Of a stretch of DNA of 64,000 bases, positions 1 to 10,966 are shown one piece after another (positions within the stretch are counted from its first letter, which is position 1; each line of letters opens with the position of its first letter). The notes under the pieces are model-generated. The model was not told the origin of the DNA, ran no database searches, and worked only from the letters and a program-made list of their open reading frames with translations. A program made the position numbers and the translations under genes. Origin of the DNA: an uncultured cyanobacterium (GTDB lineage Bacteria; Cyanobacteriota; Cyanobacteriia; Cyanobacteriales; Nostocaceae); contig OY970166.1 in NCBI GenBank assembly GCA_963706595.1, positions 768,001 through 832,000 of the forward strand, written 5' to 3'.

Positions 1-423
1 CTCAGACAGATATCCCAGGAGCAAGGAGTAGCAGATTGGGTGATCTGGCGAGGAGCAGTTCCTCATCACCAAGTCCCCGCAGAACTCAGGCAATTTGATG
101 TATTGGTATTACCTTCTCGCTCAACCCCAACTTGGAAGGAACAGTTTGGTCATGTGCTGATAGAAGCTATGTCTATGGGAACTCCTGTAATAGGCTCAAA
201 TTCAGGTGAGATTCCCAATGTAATTGGTCGTTCTGATTTGATATTCCCAGAAGAAGATCACAGTGCCTTAGCTGATATCCTGGCAAGACTAATCAACGAC
301 GCTGAATCGAGACAAGAAACTGCACTCTATGGTATGGCGCGAGTACACCAACTTTACACCCATGAAAAAATTTCCCATAGATTAATCTCTTTATGGCACA
401 CGATTCTCCTCCAATCTTCTTAA
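1..423 (+). CDS. Glycosyltransferase family 4, C-terminal part (begins before window)
   Basis: GT-B motif DVLVLPS..EQFGHVLIEAMSMGTPVIGS. Confidence 0.9.
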   Translation, partial: LRQISQEQGVADWVIWRGAVPHHQVPAELRQFDVLVLPSRSTPTWKEQFGHVLIEAMSMGTPVIGSNSGEIPNVIGRSDLIFPEEDHSALADILARLINDAESRQETALYGMARVHQLYTHEKISHRLISLWHTILLQSS

Positions 424-493
424 TAAGGTAATGAAGAATTAATAGGAATTCATAAGTTTCAGAGAAATCTTAGTTTATAAAATTAGAAAATAT

Positions 494-1294
494 ATGCTTT
501 GCGAACAAAAATGCAACAGTCAAGATGTGGCCGCCGTCATCACCGCAATGACTGATCGTGAACAACCCTTTCTGCGCGATACTGTGGAAGCGGTAATTTC
601 AGATTTTAGTATTGCTCAAGTCATTCTTTGCATTGAAGAGAAGAATAATTGGTTAGAGACAACACTGGGTTCTTTAATCGCAGATCCACGATTAGAAATT
701 GCTCGGATGCCACTAGCCCCTCCAGGAGCAGTTCGCAATCAAGCTTTAAAGTATGTACAAATGAAATGGGTAGCATACTGTGACGGTGACGATGTTTGGT
801 GTCAGGAAAAAACACTGATTCAACGTACGTATGCAAATAACTTAGGATGCGATTTCGTCGGTGCTGACCACTACCTGACAAACGAAAAAGGCAGCATACG
901 GGCATTTGCTATGGCACGCTATCTTCCCATGCCCTCATCGTGGATGGTACGAACTGAAACTATGAAACAGCATCCATTCAACGAATCGCTTGATCAAGGG
1001 TCAGATGGTGAGTGGTGGGTTCGTACCACTGGTATCGTTCACAAAGTAAGATGCCCAGAAATGCTTTTACGTTATCGTATTCGCTCAAATAGTGTCAGTG
1101 CAAATACCCCATCCATGAGAGGAAAGGCAAAAATTGTCACTTTAGCAAACATACCTGGACTTGGGGCAATAATTTTCTTTGTCACTTGGTTTATTTGGCT
1201 ATTCACTCGGAAGAAGACATACATCTGGTATAGAGGCTGGGGTCAGCAACCTTACAACAACACCGATCAGGAAATGAGAAATCAATGCGGGTAA
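494..1294 (+). CDS. Glycosyltransferase family 2
   Basis: GAVRNQAL and WVAYCDGDD (DxD) motifs. Confidence 0.85.
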   Translation: MLCEQKCNSQDVAAVITAMTDREQPFLRDTVEAVISDFSIAQVILCIEEKNNWLETTLGSLIADPRLEIARMPLAPPGAVRNQALKYVQMKWVAYCDGDDVWCQEKTLIQRTYANNLGCDFVGADHYLTNEKGSIRAFAMARYLPMPSSWMVRTETMKQHPFNESLDQGSDGEWWVRTTGIVHKVRCPEMLLRYRIRSNSVSANTPSMRGKAKIVTLANIPGLGAIIFFVTWFIWLFTRKKTYIWYRGWGQQPYNNTDQEMRNQCG

Positions 1295-2400
1295 TGATTG
1301 TGCGACGAGTACCAGAATCTACGTTTAGTCTAGAAGTCTATGCTGACAATCTAGTGGCAGGATTAAGGAAGGTGCGACCAAATTGGGAAATTGCCGAAAT
1401 TGCTCCTATTCCCTGGAATAGCTCGGATAAACTCTATCTATCAGGCTTGGGTATTAAAAAATACTATGAAACTTTTTGGAGGCATCCTCGCGCTGTGTCT
1501 CGATTAGAGGCAGATATTTTTCATGTGCTTGACCAAAGCGATGCTCATATCGTTTATGGATTATATAGAGCTAATAAGCCCGTAGTTGTCACATGTCATG
1601 ACTTGGTGCAGTTCATCTATCCAGAAATTCTGCAAGATCAGTCACGGATTCCGGCATTGAGTATGGCTATGTGGAAATACTCAGTAGGTGGTATGGAAAA
1701 AGCAAATCATGTAATTGCTGTTTCTAGCAATACGGCTGAAGATGTCACCCGTATTTTAGAGATTAAGCCAGGGCAAACCACTGTTGTCCCCAATGGGATA
1801 AATTCAGAATTTCGAGTGCTACCTACTTCAGAGGTGGCCGAGATTCGTAAGCAATATACGCTATCTCCTGACACTTTTTGCTTGCTGAATGTGGGTAGCA
1901 CCCACCAACGCAAAAACCTTTTGGCAGTCCTGCAAGTATTAAAAAATTTAAAAGGTCAGGGATTTCCAATATGTCTATGGCGAATAGGAGATAAATTTAC
2001 GCGGGAGCAGAAAGCTTTTATTCAAGCGCACGATCTGGAATCATATATCTTCGATTTCGGTAATCCTGACAAAGCTCGTCTAGTGCAAATTTACAATGCT
2101 GCTGACGTACTTTTAGCTCCCTCTTTATATGAAGGATTCGGATTGACAATTGTGGAAGCAATGGCGTGTGGCACTCCTGTAATTACTTCTAATGTTTCAT
2201 CTTTGCCAGAAGTGGTAGGAGATGCGGGGATACTGATCGATCCCAATTCTTGGCAAGCGATCGCGGATGCAGTTATTGAGCTTTATAAAAACCCCACTCT
2301 TTATAACAACTTAATTGAGAAAGGACTTGCCAGAGTCCAGTTTTTTTCCTGGGAAAATACAGCAGAACAGGTGGCAACTATTTATGAAAAACTTTTGTAA
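1285..2400 (+). CDS. Glycosyltransferase family 4
   Basis: [30 protein letters not shown]. Confidence 0.92.
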   Translation: MRVMIVRRVPESTFSLEVYADNLVAGLRKVRPNWEIAEIAPIPWNSSDKLYLSGLGIKKYYETFWRHPRAVSRLEADIFHVLDQSDAHIVYGLYRANKPVVVTCHDLVQFIYPEILQDQSRIPALSMAMWKYSVGGMEKANHVIAVSSNTAEDVTRILEIKPGQTTVVPNGINSEFRVLPTSEVAEIRKQYTLSPDTFCLLNVGSTHQRKNLLAVLQVLKNLKGQGFPICLWRIGDKFTREQKAFIQAHDLESYIFDFGNPDKARLVQIYNAADVLLAPSLYEGFGLTIVEAMACGTPVITSNVSSLPEVVGDAGILIDPNSWQAIADAVIELYKNPTLYNNLIEKGLARVQFFSWENTAEQVATIYEKLL

Positions 2401-2507
2401 CCTCTAGGAATTATAAATAATTTCTGTTCTCTATCCCATTCAGATTTTTGTCTTGTATCAAACTGAAAAACGCTATATACATTCTCCAATCATGCAATAG
2501 GTAAATT

Positions 2508-3899
2508 ATGTATTTGCATAAACCTACAAGGAAGAAACCGAATAAGAAGGGATGGATTGATAGCACAACCTTAATTATCTTTGCCTTTTCTGGAGTTTTT
2601 TACTCCCGAATCTTTTGTTCAATTACTCGTGCGCCCTCCATCCTTAACCTTGCTCACTTCGCAATTGTCCCATTTGTTTTGGGGGTTGTATTATTGACAA
2701 CTCGATCCAAAGATCGCAAACAGATTGCAATTGCATATTCTTTTTTGTTGGGACTTTTCATTTTTCTAGTAACCGTGTTGGCTAGTGCATTATGGAATAA
2801 CACAGGCTTGATTAATGCAATTGTCTCTTTCATAATGCTGGGGGAACCCTTCATATTCCTGCTAGCCATAGTCTGTATTCCTATGTCTTCTGAATCTATT
2901 ACACGAATTAAAAAATGGCTGTTCTGGTCTGCTTTGATTAATTTTGTCCTCGCTGCTTTCCAGAAACCTTTAATTGATGCAGGCAAACTTTATGCTAACG
3001 GCTTCGATGGAACCGATGGATGCGGCGGAGTCTTTTTCGTATCAGGAGCTGGCAATTATTTATCAGCTTCGGTATCAGTTGCCTTTGCTCTATACTTTTT
3101 CACTAATGAAAAGACTTTTCCCCTATGGAGTAGAATTTTGGCACTTATCGCCGCTTTCTGGCACGTTCTATTTTCTGATTCCAAACAACTTCTGCTGGCG
3201 TATCTGATTGCTTGGGGTCTTCTAATCATAGTCAATTCAAAGGATATTGGTAAAACTATCAAATTTTTGAGTGCGATCGCTATCTTCGGATACGGATTTT
3301 ATTGGTGTGCATATAACCTGGAAGCGTTTATCGCATTTACAGCCTGGGCGCGACCGGAACTTTACGGACCAGATGGTGCAGCTTGGTATACCAAATTTTA
3401 CTCCGTGCGTGCGATCGCATCTTATTATGAATCCTCTCTCAATTGGTTGTTTGGTCTCGGTCCAGGACATACTGTCAGCCGCTTAGGAGCGTGGTTTCTG
3501 AAAGATTATTGGTCTATCCTCGGACCACTAGGCGCTACCACCACTTCCATTGGTCAAGAAGCAATGGACTTTGTGAATAGTTTTTGGCTTGCTTATAGTT
3601 CGAGTCTCTTCAGCCCTATTTTTGGCTGGGCTGGAATCTGGGGAGATTTAGGACTTGTGGGTTTAGGAGCATACTTATTTCTATGCTATTTAACCTGGCA
3701 AAACTTTGGTCTAGATGATTCCTTGAAAATCACCATGCTAACTGTTCTCGTCCTCGGTTTCATATTTACTCAAATGGAAGAACCGGGCTTCATGCTTTTC
3801 ATCGTCTTTATGCTAGGGATACCTTGGCAAGAACGACGACTGAAGAAACAGATACAAGAAGCTACTAGAACAGCACACCGACAATTGGGAAGAGTCTAA
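2508..3899 (+). CDS. Polytopic membrane protein, probable Wzy-type polysaccharide polymerase / O-antigen-ligase-like
   Basis: Many TM segments, periplasmic loop with FGLGPG, located in a GT cluster. Confidence 0.6.
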   Translation: MYLHKPTRKKPNKKGWIDSTTLIIFAFSGVFYSRIFCSITRAPSILNLAHFAIVPFVLGVVLLTTRSKDRKQIAIAYSFLLGLFIFLVTVLASALWNNTGLINAIVSFIMLGEPFIFLLAIVCIPMSSESITRIKKWLFWSALINFVLAAFQKPLIDAGKLYANGFDGTDGCGGVFFVSGAGNYLSASVSVAFALYFFTNEKTFPLWSRILALIAAFWHVLFSDSKQLLLAYLIAWGLLIIVNSKDIGKTIKFLSAIAIFGYGFYWCAYNLEAFIAFTAWARPELYGPDGAAWYTKFYSVRAIASYYESSLNWLFGLGPGHTVSRLGAWFLKDYWSILGPLGATTTSIGQEAMDFVNSFWLAYSSSLFSPIFGWAGIWGDLGLVGLGAYLFLCYLTWQNFGLDDSLKITMLTVLVLGFIFTQMEEPGFMLFIVFMLGIPWQERRLKKQIQEATRTAHRQLGRV

Positions 3900-4042
3900 A
3901 AGCGATCGCAAAAACTCAATATTCCACAAGATAACTTTAACAACTGAGCTAATGTCCAAAACTACGGTACTAATCTCAACAACGGACTAAACGGCACCGC
4001 AAGCATATTGTTTACTTAACTCCAATACCTACTTACTACAAA

Positions 4043-4202
4043 TATAGCGATCCGACATAAGATGCGAACATTTCTCTTTTTTCTCTTCCTCTGTGATCTC
4101 CGTGTCTGGAGTGGTATGGCTAACGCCACGCTCCGCGTTAGCGGAGCGCTTTAGCGATACGTTACAAAAAATCCCGTTCAAAACTCAAATAGGAGTCCTA
4201 TA
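4043..4202. mobile_element. MITE-like repeat with TATAG...CTATA ends and internal hairpins
   Basis: tatagcgatcc...aaataggagtcctata; same end type as 22217-22582; terminal A is the A of the next ATG. Confidence 0.5.
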
Positions 4203-5464
4203 TGAAAATTTTAATGTCTGCTTACTCCTGCGAACCAGGTATGGGTTCTGAACCTGGTGTGGGTTGGAATATTGCCAGAGAAGCCGCTAAATACCATGAA
4301 GTCTGGGTACTTACCCGACCCGATGAGAGTCAAGATATCATCAAGACAGAACTGGCACGCAACCCCATCCCAAATCTTCACTTCGTTTATTTTACCCTTC
4401 CCTTTTGGGCGGATAGCAGACGATGGGGACAGTCTGGGGGAATGCAACTTCACTATTACCTCTGGCAAATTCAGGCATACTTTGTCGCCCGTAGCTTGCA
4501 TCAAAAAATTGACTTTGACTTGATGCACCATGTCACTTTTGTCAAGTATTCCAATCCTTGCTTCCTGTCACTGCTACCAATTCCCCTAGTTTGGGGTCCA
4601 GTAGGCGGTGGAGAATCTGCACCAGCAAGCTTTTGGCAAGATTTTAGCGTCAAGGGCAAAATTTACGAAATAGCCCGTAGCGGCGCTCGCTGGTTGGGAG
4701 AGCAAGACCCATTTGTACGTATTACTGCTCAAAGAAGTGCTGTAGTCCGAGCCACAACTAAAGATACAGCTCAGTGCCTCTATAAGATGGGCGCGAATCA
4801 TGTGCAGATTTTGCCTGAATCCGGGTTATCAGCAGAAGATATAGAGGAGCTAGAACAATATGAACTACCTAATGAGCCAATAGTGAGATTTATCAGCATG
4901 GGTAGACTTTTGCACTGGAAAGGCTTTCACTTAGGATTGCGTGCCTTCGCTCAAGCGAATCTACCTAATACAGATTACTGGGTAGTAGGAGATGGACCTG
5001 AATTGCAACAACTTCAAACTTTGACATCGGATTTAGGAATTGCTGAGAAAGTTAAATTTTGGGGCAAGTTACCTCGTGAGAAAGCTTTAAATTTATTGAG
5101 GAATTGCCATGTCCTAGTTCATCCCAGTTTACATGATTCTGGAGGGTGGGTGTGCATGGAAGCTATGGCAGCAGGTCGTCCCATCATCTGTCTAGATTTA
5201 GGAGGACCTGCTATTCAAGTTACAGACGAAACTGGCTTTAAAATTACCGCTCATGAACCATATCAAGCTGTACGTGACCTAGCGGCCGCAATGATTCATT
5301 TAGTTAAAAACCCAGAACTGAAAATCAGTATGGGTCAAGCCGGTCGGAAATTAGTAAATGAAAACTACAGTTGGCAAATAGTAGGAGAGCGTCTCAACAA
5401 ACTGTATCTAGAGATTGCTAGTAGGAAAGTCTCGGAGACTGACGTTATATCTCAAATTTTGTGA
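4202..5464 (+). CDS. Glycosyltransferase family 4
   Basis: MKILMSAYSCEPG.., HPSLHDSGGWVCMEAMAAGRP. Confidence 0.92.
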   Translation: MKILMSAYSCEPGMGSEPGVGWNIAREAAKYHEVWVLTRPDESQDIIKTELARNPIPNLHFVYFTLPFWADSRRWGQSGGMQLHYYLWQIQAYFVARSLHQKIDFDLMHHVTFVKYSNPCFLSLLPIPLVWGPVGGGESAPASFWQDFSVKGKIYEIARSGARWLGEQDPFVRITAQRSAVVRATTKDTAQCLYKMGANHVQILPESGLSAEDIEELEQYELPNEPIVRFISMGRLLHWKGFHLGLRAFAQANLPNTDYWVVGDGPELQQLQTLTSDLGIAEKVKFWGKLPREKALNLLRNCHVLVHPSLHDSGGWVCMEAMAAGRPIICLDLGGPAIQVTDETGFKITAHEPYQAVRDLAAAMIHLVKNPELKISMGQAGRKLVNENYSWQIVGERLNKLYLEIASRKVSETDVISQIL

Positions 5465-5530
5465 ACCTGCTTTCAACTCATTAGTTTTTGCACGTTTCAT
5501 CATCTGTAACACATAAGAACAGTAACCAAT

Positions 5531-6676
5531 ATGCATATACTAATTGCTGCTTTACACAGACCTGCAAAACCTACTGGTGTTTGCCGACACGCTGCAAATC
5601 TTGCTCAATGTCTGGCTGATACTCAAGAGGTAAGCAAAGTGACCTTAATTGTCGGAGCATGGCAGACGCATTACTTTGAACAATTTTTTTATTCAAAAAA
5701 AATTCAGTTAATTAGTGTAGATATTAAAAATAGTTCGTTAGCAAGAAATATCTGGTTTTTATTTGGCTTACCAAAATTGGTAAAGCGTCTTAGTCCTGAT
5801 ATAGTTCATATGTCTTTTCCTTTTCCTTTCCTACGATCGCTTTTTTCATCTCCTGTTGTTTCTACAATCCATGATTTGTATCCCTATGAAAAACCAGAGG
5901 TTTTTGGATATCCAAATGTGATCTTTAATCGTTTGTTTTTAAAACAATGTATAGAAAATAGTGACGGTCTTACCTGTGTTTCTCAATCTACACTAAGTAG
6001 CCTGAATTCATACTTTCCAAATCTTAAATCATGCAAAGAAATTACAGCTATTTATAATTATGTCGATTTTAGTCATATTGCTCCTCAGCTACCAGTTGGT
6101 TTAAATATTGGCGACAATGATTCTTTTTTGTTATGTGTCGCCCAACACCGTAAAAACAAAAACATAGATTTGTTGCTTCACACATTTTCTTCTCTCAAGA
6201 AAAATGGGTGTTTGCCAGATGCCACTAAGCTAATTATTGTGGGTAATACAGGACCAGAAACAGAGCTTTTATTCAATCTAATTCATAATCTTTTTCTTCA
6301 GGATCAAGTCCTGCTAATTCATACCATCCAGGACAATGAATTATGTTGGTTATATCAAAAATGTGAACTTTTTATTGCTGCTTCATCTCAGGAAGGATTT
6401 TGTTTACCATTAGCAGAGGCTATATATTTTTCATGTCAGGTAGTTTGTTCTGATATTCCGATATTTAGAGAAATTGCTGGTTCTAGCTGTTGTTATTTTG
6501 ATCTTCAATATGATGCTGTCAAAAATCTCTCAGAATCCATTGTTTTTGCTTTAGAACAACCCCTGAATAAAACTACTGATGATTTTCGTTTTTCAAAATT
6601 AGAAGTAGCACATCAATATCTAAAATTTTACTCTACATTCACCTGTATCAGTCAGTCAAGCGCAGAAATATTATAA
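5531..6676 (+). CDS. Glycosyltransferase family 4
   Basis: STIHDL, EGFCLPLAEA..SDIPIFREI. Confidence 0.9.
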   Translation: MHILIAALHRPAKPTGVCRHAANLAQCLADTQEVSKVTLIVGAWQTHYFEQFFYSKKIQLISVDIKNSSLARNIWFLFGLPKLVKRLSPDIVHMSFPFPFLRSLFSSPVVSTIHDLYPYEKPEVFGYPNVIFNRLFLKQCIENSDGLTCVSQSTLSSLNSYFPNLKSCKEITAIYNYVDFSHIAPQLPVGLNIGDNDSFLLCVAQHRKNKNIDLLLHTFSSLKKNGCLPDATKLIIVGNTGPETELLFNLIHNLFLQDQVLLIHTIQDNELCWLYQKCELFIAASSQEGFCLPLAEAIYFSCQVVCSDIPIFREIAGSSCCYFDLQYDAVKNLSESIVFALEQPLNKTTDDFRFSKLEVAHQYLKFYSTFTCISQSSAEIL

Positions 6677-6750
6677 CTGATGCAAAGTAGCTTTCAGAAG
6701 CCAGAAGTTTGAAATCAAAGTAGCCTTGTATCAAATTACGGTATTGACTC

Positions 6751-7881
6751 ATGGATAAAATTGTGAATAAGCAAAGGTTTTTAGGTGTTGATTTATGCCG
6801 GGGAATTGCAGCTTTTGCAGTTATTCTTGTGCATTCAGGTGATGAAACTTGGGGTATTCCTGTAAGTGACGGAGCATTACAGTTTAGATTATTATTTTAT
6901 TTCGCTGTCCCATTCTTTCTGGCGACATCTTTCTTCTTTATTACCCGCAATCTTAGTGGAAATGTTAATTTAGATTTTTTAATAGTAAAACTTAAACGTA
7001 TCTTTATACCCTACAGTTTTTGGAGCATATTTTATCTATTTCTTGGAACATTTTTTTTCTCTTTTACTAATCAATATGATAGGCTAAATCAGTTGTTTCA
7101 AGATCCACTCTCAATTGTTTTTTTCGGTGGTGCATCGTATCATCTCTATTTCTTACCCCTTTTATTTTCAGGAAGTTTATTTTTTTTATTACTAAATAAT
7201 TTAGTAAAATACAGAACTAAAATTAAAATGATAATGGCTTTATTTGTTATTAGTATTATTATTAATGAGGTAATGGCATTATCGGGAAATTTATTCCAGT
7301 TAAATCCTAATCTGGCATTTTCTAGCTTATTAAACTTGCTCGATGCTAATGTAATATACTATCCATTAGTTAGATTTTTACTTGTTCAGCTTGCATGGAT
7401 TTTGAATTGTCTCCCTTACTTTTGTCTGGCTATAATTTTGAACCATCTGCTCTTAAGAACCAAACCATCTGTATTCAAAAATAGGGGTATATTTCTCTTG
7501 TTTTTATCTATATTTATTTCGGTTAATTTTTTGAGGGAAACACTGATTTTTACTGAATTAACCAATATCGTTATTGCTTTCTCTTTGTTGCTTGCCGGTA
7601 TCTGTTTGTCAAGTCATTTAAAAGAAAGTAAAATCATTAAAAATTTAGGTAATTGTTCATTTGGAATTTACTTAATTCATCCTATTGTCAAAAAAACAAC
7701 TGGAATTATTTTGGCTTTTGCTGTTCCTCAAGTGACCTCTCAAATCACCGTTGTTTCTATGCTATGCCTTTCTATACCAAGTTTTTTAGCAAGTTGGTTA
7801 GTTGTATCGCTGTTGATGAAAAACAAACAGCTTGCTAAGTATATCTTTGGTAACAATACTGTAGCCAAGAAAAGAATATAA
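6751..7881 (+). CDS. Acyltransferase family 3 (polysaccharide O-acyltransferase)
   Basis: DLCRGIAAFAVILVH, VPFF, HLYFL, SFGIYLIH; multiple TMs. Confidence 0.88.
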   Translation: MDKIVNKQRFLGVDLCRGIAAFAVILVHSGDETWGIPVSDGALQFRLLFYFAVPFFLATSFFFITRNLSGNVNLDFLIVKLKRIFIPYSFWSIFYLFLGTFFFSFTNQYDRLNQLFQDPLSIVFFGGASYHLYFLPLLFSGSLFFLLLNNLVKYRTKIKMIMALFVISIIINEVMALSGNLFQLNPNLAFSSLLNLLDANVIYYPLVRFLLVQLAWILNCLPYFCLAIILNHLLLRTKPSVFKNRGIFLLFLSIFISVNFLRETLIFTELTNIVIAFSLLLAGICLSSHLKESKIIKNLGNCSFGIYLIHPIVKKTTGIILAFAVPQVTSQITVVSMLCLSIPSFLASWLVVSLLMKNKQLAKYIFGNNTVAKKRI

Positions 7882-7905
7882 AAAGAGGGCTGATGTAGTA
7901 GATTT

Positions 7906-8124
7906 ATAGTCTTCTGTTCTTCATTAAAAGTTGGTTTTCTTCCCCTGGCTGTTTGATTATATAATCCTAATAATCTTTGCTCTTCCCAATTATTCATCCA
8001 GTTATATATGGTTCTCCTACTGAATTGAAAGAAATCAATCAGTTCAGAAAATTTTACTCCTTCATAGCTTAACAAAATACAATGCGCTCTTTGTCTAACT
8101 TGATAATGTCTACTTTGCTTGTAA
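7906..8124 (-). pseudogene. IS630-family transposase N-terminal HTH fragment, truncated at both ends
   Basis: RQRAHCILLS..SRRTIYNW..GL...GRKP; 5' end cut by the IS1634-type end at 8125. Confidence 0.75.
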
Positions 8125-8445
8125 CCCACATTCCGCACCTTCAACTGTCACAAGCGGTAATTACTGAAAGAAAAATGTAAATAAAGAATAAAATCAGACA
8201 TTTGTAGGGAGAAAAGATTTTGACCAGTCATTAATCTGACAAAATAGCATCAGAATGTATTGTCAATAAGGAGCAATAAAAATGAGAACTAAATTTATGA
8301 TGATTTGATAGATAAATATCTATGCTAAATCTCTAAATTCGCAATTTTACTAATATATACAAGCGACAAACCTAGATTTTAAACATATTAATTGACAACT
8401 AACTGTTACATCAATTAGCCCGGTAATCAAAACTCAAATAACTAA
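8125..8445 (-). mobile_element. IS1634-family right-end fragment
   Basis: TIR CCCACATTCCGCACCTTCAACTGTCACA; near-identical to the right arm starting at 31827 and (inverted) to the arm ending at 25588. Confidence 0.85.
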
Positions 8446-8625
8446 GCCCCCACAGCATACCCCAGTCATTATTAGAAAACACCAATCAAACCTTTCTCAC
8501 TCCCCATATTGGGTCTGCCGTTGATGAATCTACGGCGGAACATTGCCCTAGAAGCCGCCCAAAATATTCTGCAAGCCCTGCAAGGTCAAAAGCCACAGGG
8601 AGCAGTTAATTGTCTTAAGGACTAG
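8446..8625 (+). pseudogene. ptxD: C-terminal relic of phosphite dehydrogenase
   Basis: Manual translation with one frameshift: PHSIPQSLLENTNQTFLTPHIGSAVDE/LRRNIALEAAQNILQALQGQKPQGAVNCLKD*. Confidence 0.75.
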
Positions 8626-8715
8626 TACCGCCGTAAAGTAAAAAATCAAAAAGCTGATTATAGCGGTTTTTCATTGATTTTGAATAGTCTATATATTTAC
8701 GCCGACTTGTACTAG
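8622..8715. repeat. CTAG-bounded small dispersed repeat/MITE (copy 1)
   Basis: ctagtaccg...atttacgccgacttgtactag; related copies at 14827-14916 and 21503-21560. Confidence 0.7.
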
Positions 8716-8890
8716 TCTGCCAAATCTTCAATAAACTTTATGTCTCTATATATGCCGATGGGGAATTAAGCAATTCTTCAAGGATTGTAAAACCAGTGGT
8801 TATAATCTAGAAGATACTAAAGTAAATAAGACTCGATTTTTAGCTTTAGATAAGGGGATGGGGAATTCCGCAAAAGAGGTTAAACATGAA

Positions 8891-8920
8891 TTTATCCTTT
8901 GCTTAATTATTTCTTAACCA
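8891..8920 (+). promoter_or_regulatory. Cyanobacterial pho box (SphR) upstream of phnC
   Basis: TTTATCCT-ttg-CTTAATTA-ttt-CTTAACCA, three units at 11-bp period matching the YTTAAYYW consensus, followed by a -10-like TGcTAATTT. Confidence 0.7.
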
Positions 8921-8970
8921 AATAATGCTAATTTTATAAATTGAGCAGGTGTTAAAGAACAACAAGTACA

Positions 8971-9756
8971 GTGACTATAAAAATTAGTAATCTTTCCAAG
9001 AGTTTTAAAGGTAAGACAGCACTAAAACACATATCATGCAAAATTAATGAAGGAGAAATGGTTACCCTTATAGGTGCATCTGGCTCAGGCAAATCTACAC
9101 TTTTGCGGCACATAAATGGTTTACAGATTGGAGATGCCGGCACGGTTCATATTTTTGACACCGTTTTACAAAGCAAAGGAAAACCATCTTCTAAAATTAG
9201 GTTTCTACGAAGCTACATAGGCTGTATATTTCAACAGTTTAATTTAGTCAATCGGCTGACAGTTCTCGAAAACGTTCTTATTGGTAACTTAGCAAGATTG
9301 TCTATTTTACGCTCAACATTACACTTATTTACTAAAGAAGAAAAACTTCGCGCTCTTGCTGTACTAGAACGAGTAGGCATTATTGAACACGCTTATAAAC
9401 GGGCATCTCTGCTTTCTGGAGGACAACAGCAAAGAGTGGCGATCGCTCGCTGTTTAGTGCAAGGAGCGAAAATTATCCTGGCTGATGAACCCATTGCTTC
9501 CCTAGATCCTGAGTCGGCGCGTAAAGTCATGGAGTTACTTGTGCAGCTAAATCGCCAAAGCGGAATCACCGTAGTAACTTCCTTACATCAGATTCAAGTG
9601 TTGCGTAGTTACTTTAATCGGGCAATCGCTCTCAGAGATGGAGAAATAATATTTGATGGTGCAACTTTAGAACTAGATGACAACAAACTCAATCAAATTT
9701 ACGGTACAGCAGTAGAAGAACTGGTGATGCGAGGACATGGCGAACTACTTCTATAA
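8971..9756 (+). CDS. phnC: Phosphonate ABC transporter ATP-binding protein
   Basis: GASGSGKST, LSGGQQQRV, ADEPIASLDP, IFQQFNLV. Confidence 0.95.
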   Translation: MTIKISNLSKSFKGKTALKHISCKINEGEMVTLIGASGSGKSTLLRHINGLQIGDAGTVHIFDTVLQSKGKPSSKIRFLRSYIGCIFQQFNLVNRLTVLENVLIGNLARLSILRSTLHLFTKEEKLRALAVLERVGIIEHAYKRASLLSGGQQQRVAIARCLVQGAKIILADEPIASLDPESARKVMELLVQLNRQSGITVVTSLHQIQVLRSYFNRAIALRDGEIIFDGATLELDDNKLNQIYGTAVEELVMRGHGELLL

Positions 9757-9929
9757 TTCCCATGAAAATATGATAAAACTTATTAAAAGCTGTTTCAAAA
9801 ATGGTGGCTATACTTTGTCAAATCGATGAACTATTAACTGTCAATGCTCAATAGATACTACCCAGTATTGGCAATAATAAATCAGATTTCCCATGTTTTT
9901 ATTTCTATCCTATAACTGACACTTAACTA

Positions 9930-10943
9930 ATGAACAGAAGATTATTTATTCAGCAAGCTTCTTTGTTTACTATGACTTTGGCAACTGCCAAGTTACTTTC
10001 AGCCTGTACTTCTAATACTGATAATAGTGCCGCAACTAGTGCCGCAACTATTAAAGAAATTAACTTTGGTGTTCTGTCTACAGAGTCTCAATCCAATCAA
10101 AGACCTCTATGGGAACCCTTTGCTGCTGCTATGTCTGGGGAAGTTGGGATTCCCATTAAACCCTTCTACGTTACACAGTATGCAGCAGTGATAGAAGCCA
10201 TGCGTTTTGGTAAAGTTCAAGCTGCTTGGTTAGGCGGTAAATCTTATATTCAAGCGTCAAAAGTCGCTGATGCAGAAGCTTTTGCTCAGGTTGTGAGTGC
10301 AGATGGTAGTAAAGGCTACTATTCGCATTTAATTACTAATAAAGATAATCCCATTCTTGCGTCAGCTAAAGCAGCAGGTGCGGATAAATACATCATTAAC
10401 AATGCAGGTAAGCTGACTTTTGCTTTTAATGATCCTAATTCTACTTCTGGGTTTTTAGTTCCCAGTTACTATATTTTTACAAAAAATAATGTTGACCCTA
10501 AGAAGGCTTTTAAACGGTTAATCTTTGCTGGTAATCATGAAGCCTCAGCTTTGGCTGTAGCTAATAACCAGATAGATGTCGCTACTATCAGTAATGAAGC
10601 ATTAAGTCGTTTAGAAAGAACCAACCCTACAGCCAGACAAAAAATTGCAATTATTTGGCAATCACCACTAATTCCCAGTGATCCAATTGTTTATCGTCGG
10701 GATTTACCAGCAGATATTAAAGAGAAATTACGCAACTTTTTCTATAATTATCAAGATGCTGAAGTGTTAGCACCATTTGAAATTTCTAGGTTTGTACAGG
10801 CTGACGATAAAACTTGGCACACAATTCGAGAATTAGATATTGCTAAAAATATCCAAGAAATTCAAGCTCAAACAAATCTGAATGAATCAGAAAAACAGCA
10901 AAAGATAACAGAACTCAATCAGCAACTCCAAGAAATTCAATAA
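9930..10943 (+). CDS. phnD: Phosphonate ABC transporter substrate-binding lipoprotein
   Basis: FAFNDPNSTSGFLVP, GNHEA, SPLIPSDP; twin-Arg and lipobox. Confidence 0.95.
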   Translation: MNRRLFIQQASLFTMTLATAKLLSACTSNTDNSAATSAATIKEINFGVLSTESQSNQRPLWEPFAAAMSGEVGIPIKPFYVTQYAAVIEAMRFGKVQAAWLGGKSYIQASKVADAEAFAQVVSADGSKGYYSHLITNKDNPILASAKAAGADKYIINNAGKLTFAFNDPNSTSGFLVPSYYIFTKNNVDPKKAFKRLIFAGNHEASALAVANNQIDVATISNEALSRLERTNPTARQKIAIIWQSPLIPSDPIVYRRDLPADIKEKLRNFFYNYQDAEVLAPFEISRFVQADDKTWHTIRELDIAKNIQEIQAQTNLNESEKQQKITELNQQLQEIQ

Positions 10944-10966
10944 AATTAGATGGGAATTAGAACAAA

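Noticed and set aside
7740..8144. 134-aa ORF as an intact gene
   Set aside because: Chimera of an IS1634 TIR start, an IS630 fragment and read-through antisense to the acyltransferase.
8757..8867. GATGGGGAATT repeated 100 bp apart upstream of phnC
   Set aside because: Only two short copies with no dyad; cannot be distinguished from chance or STRR-like sequence.
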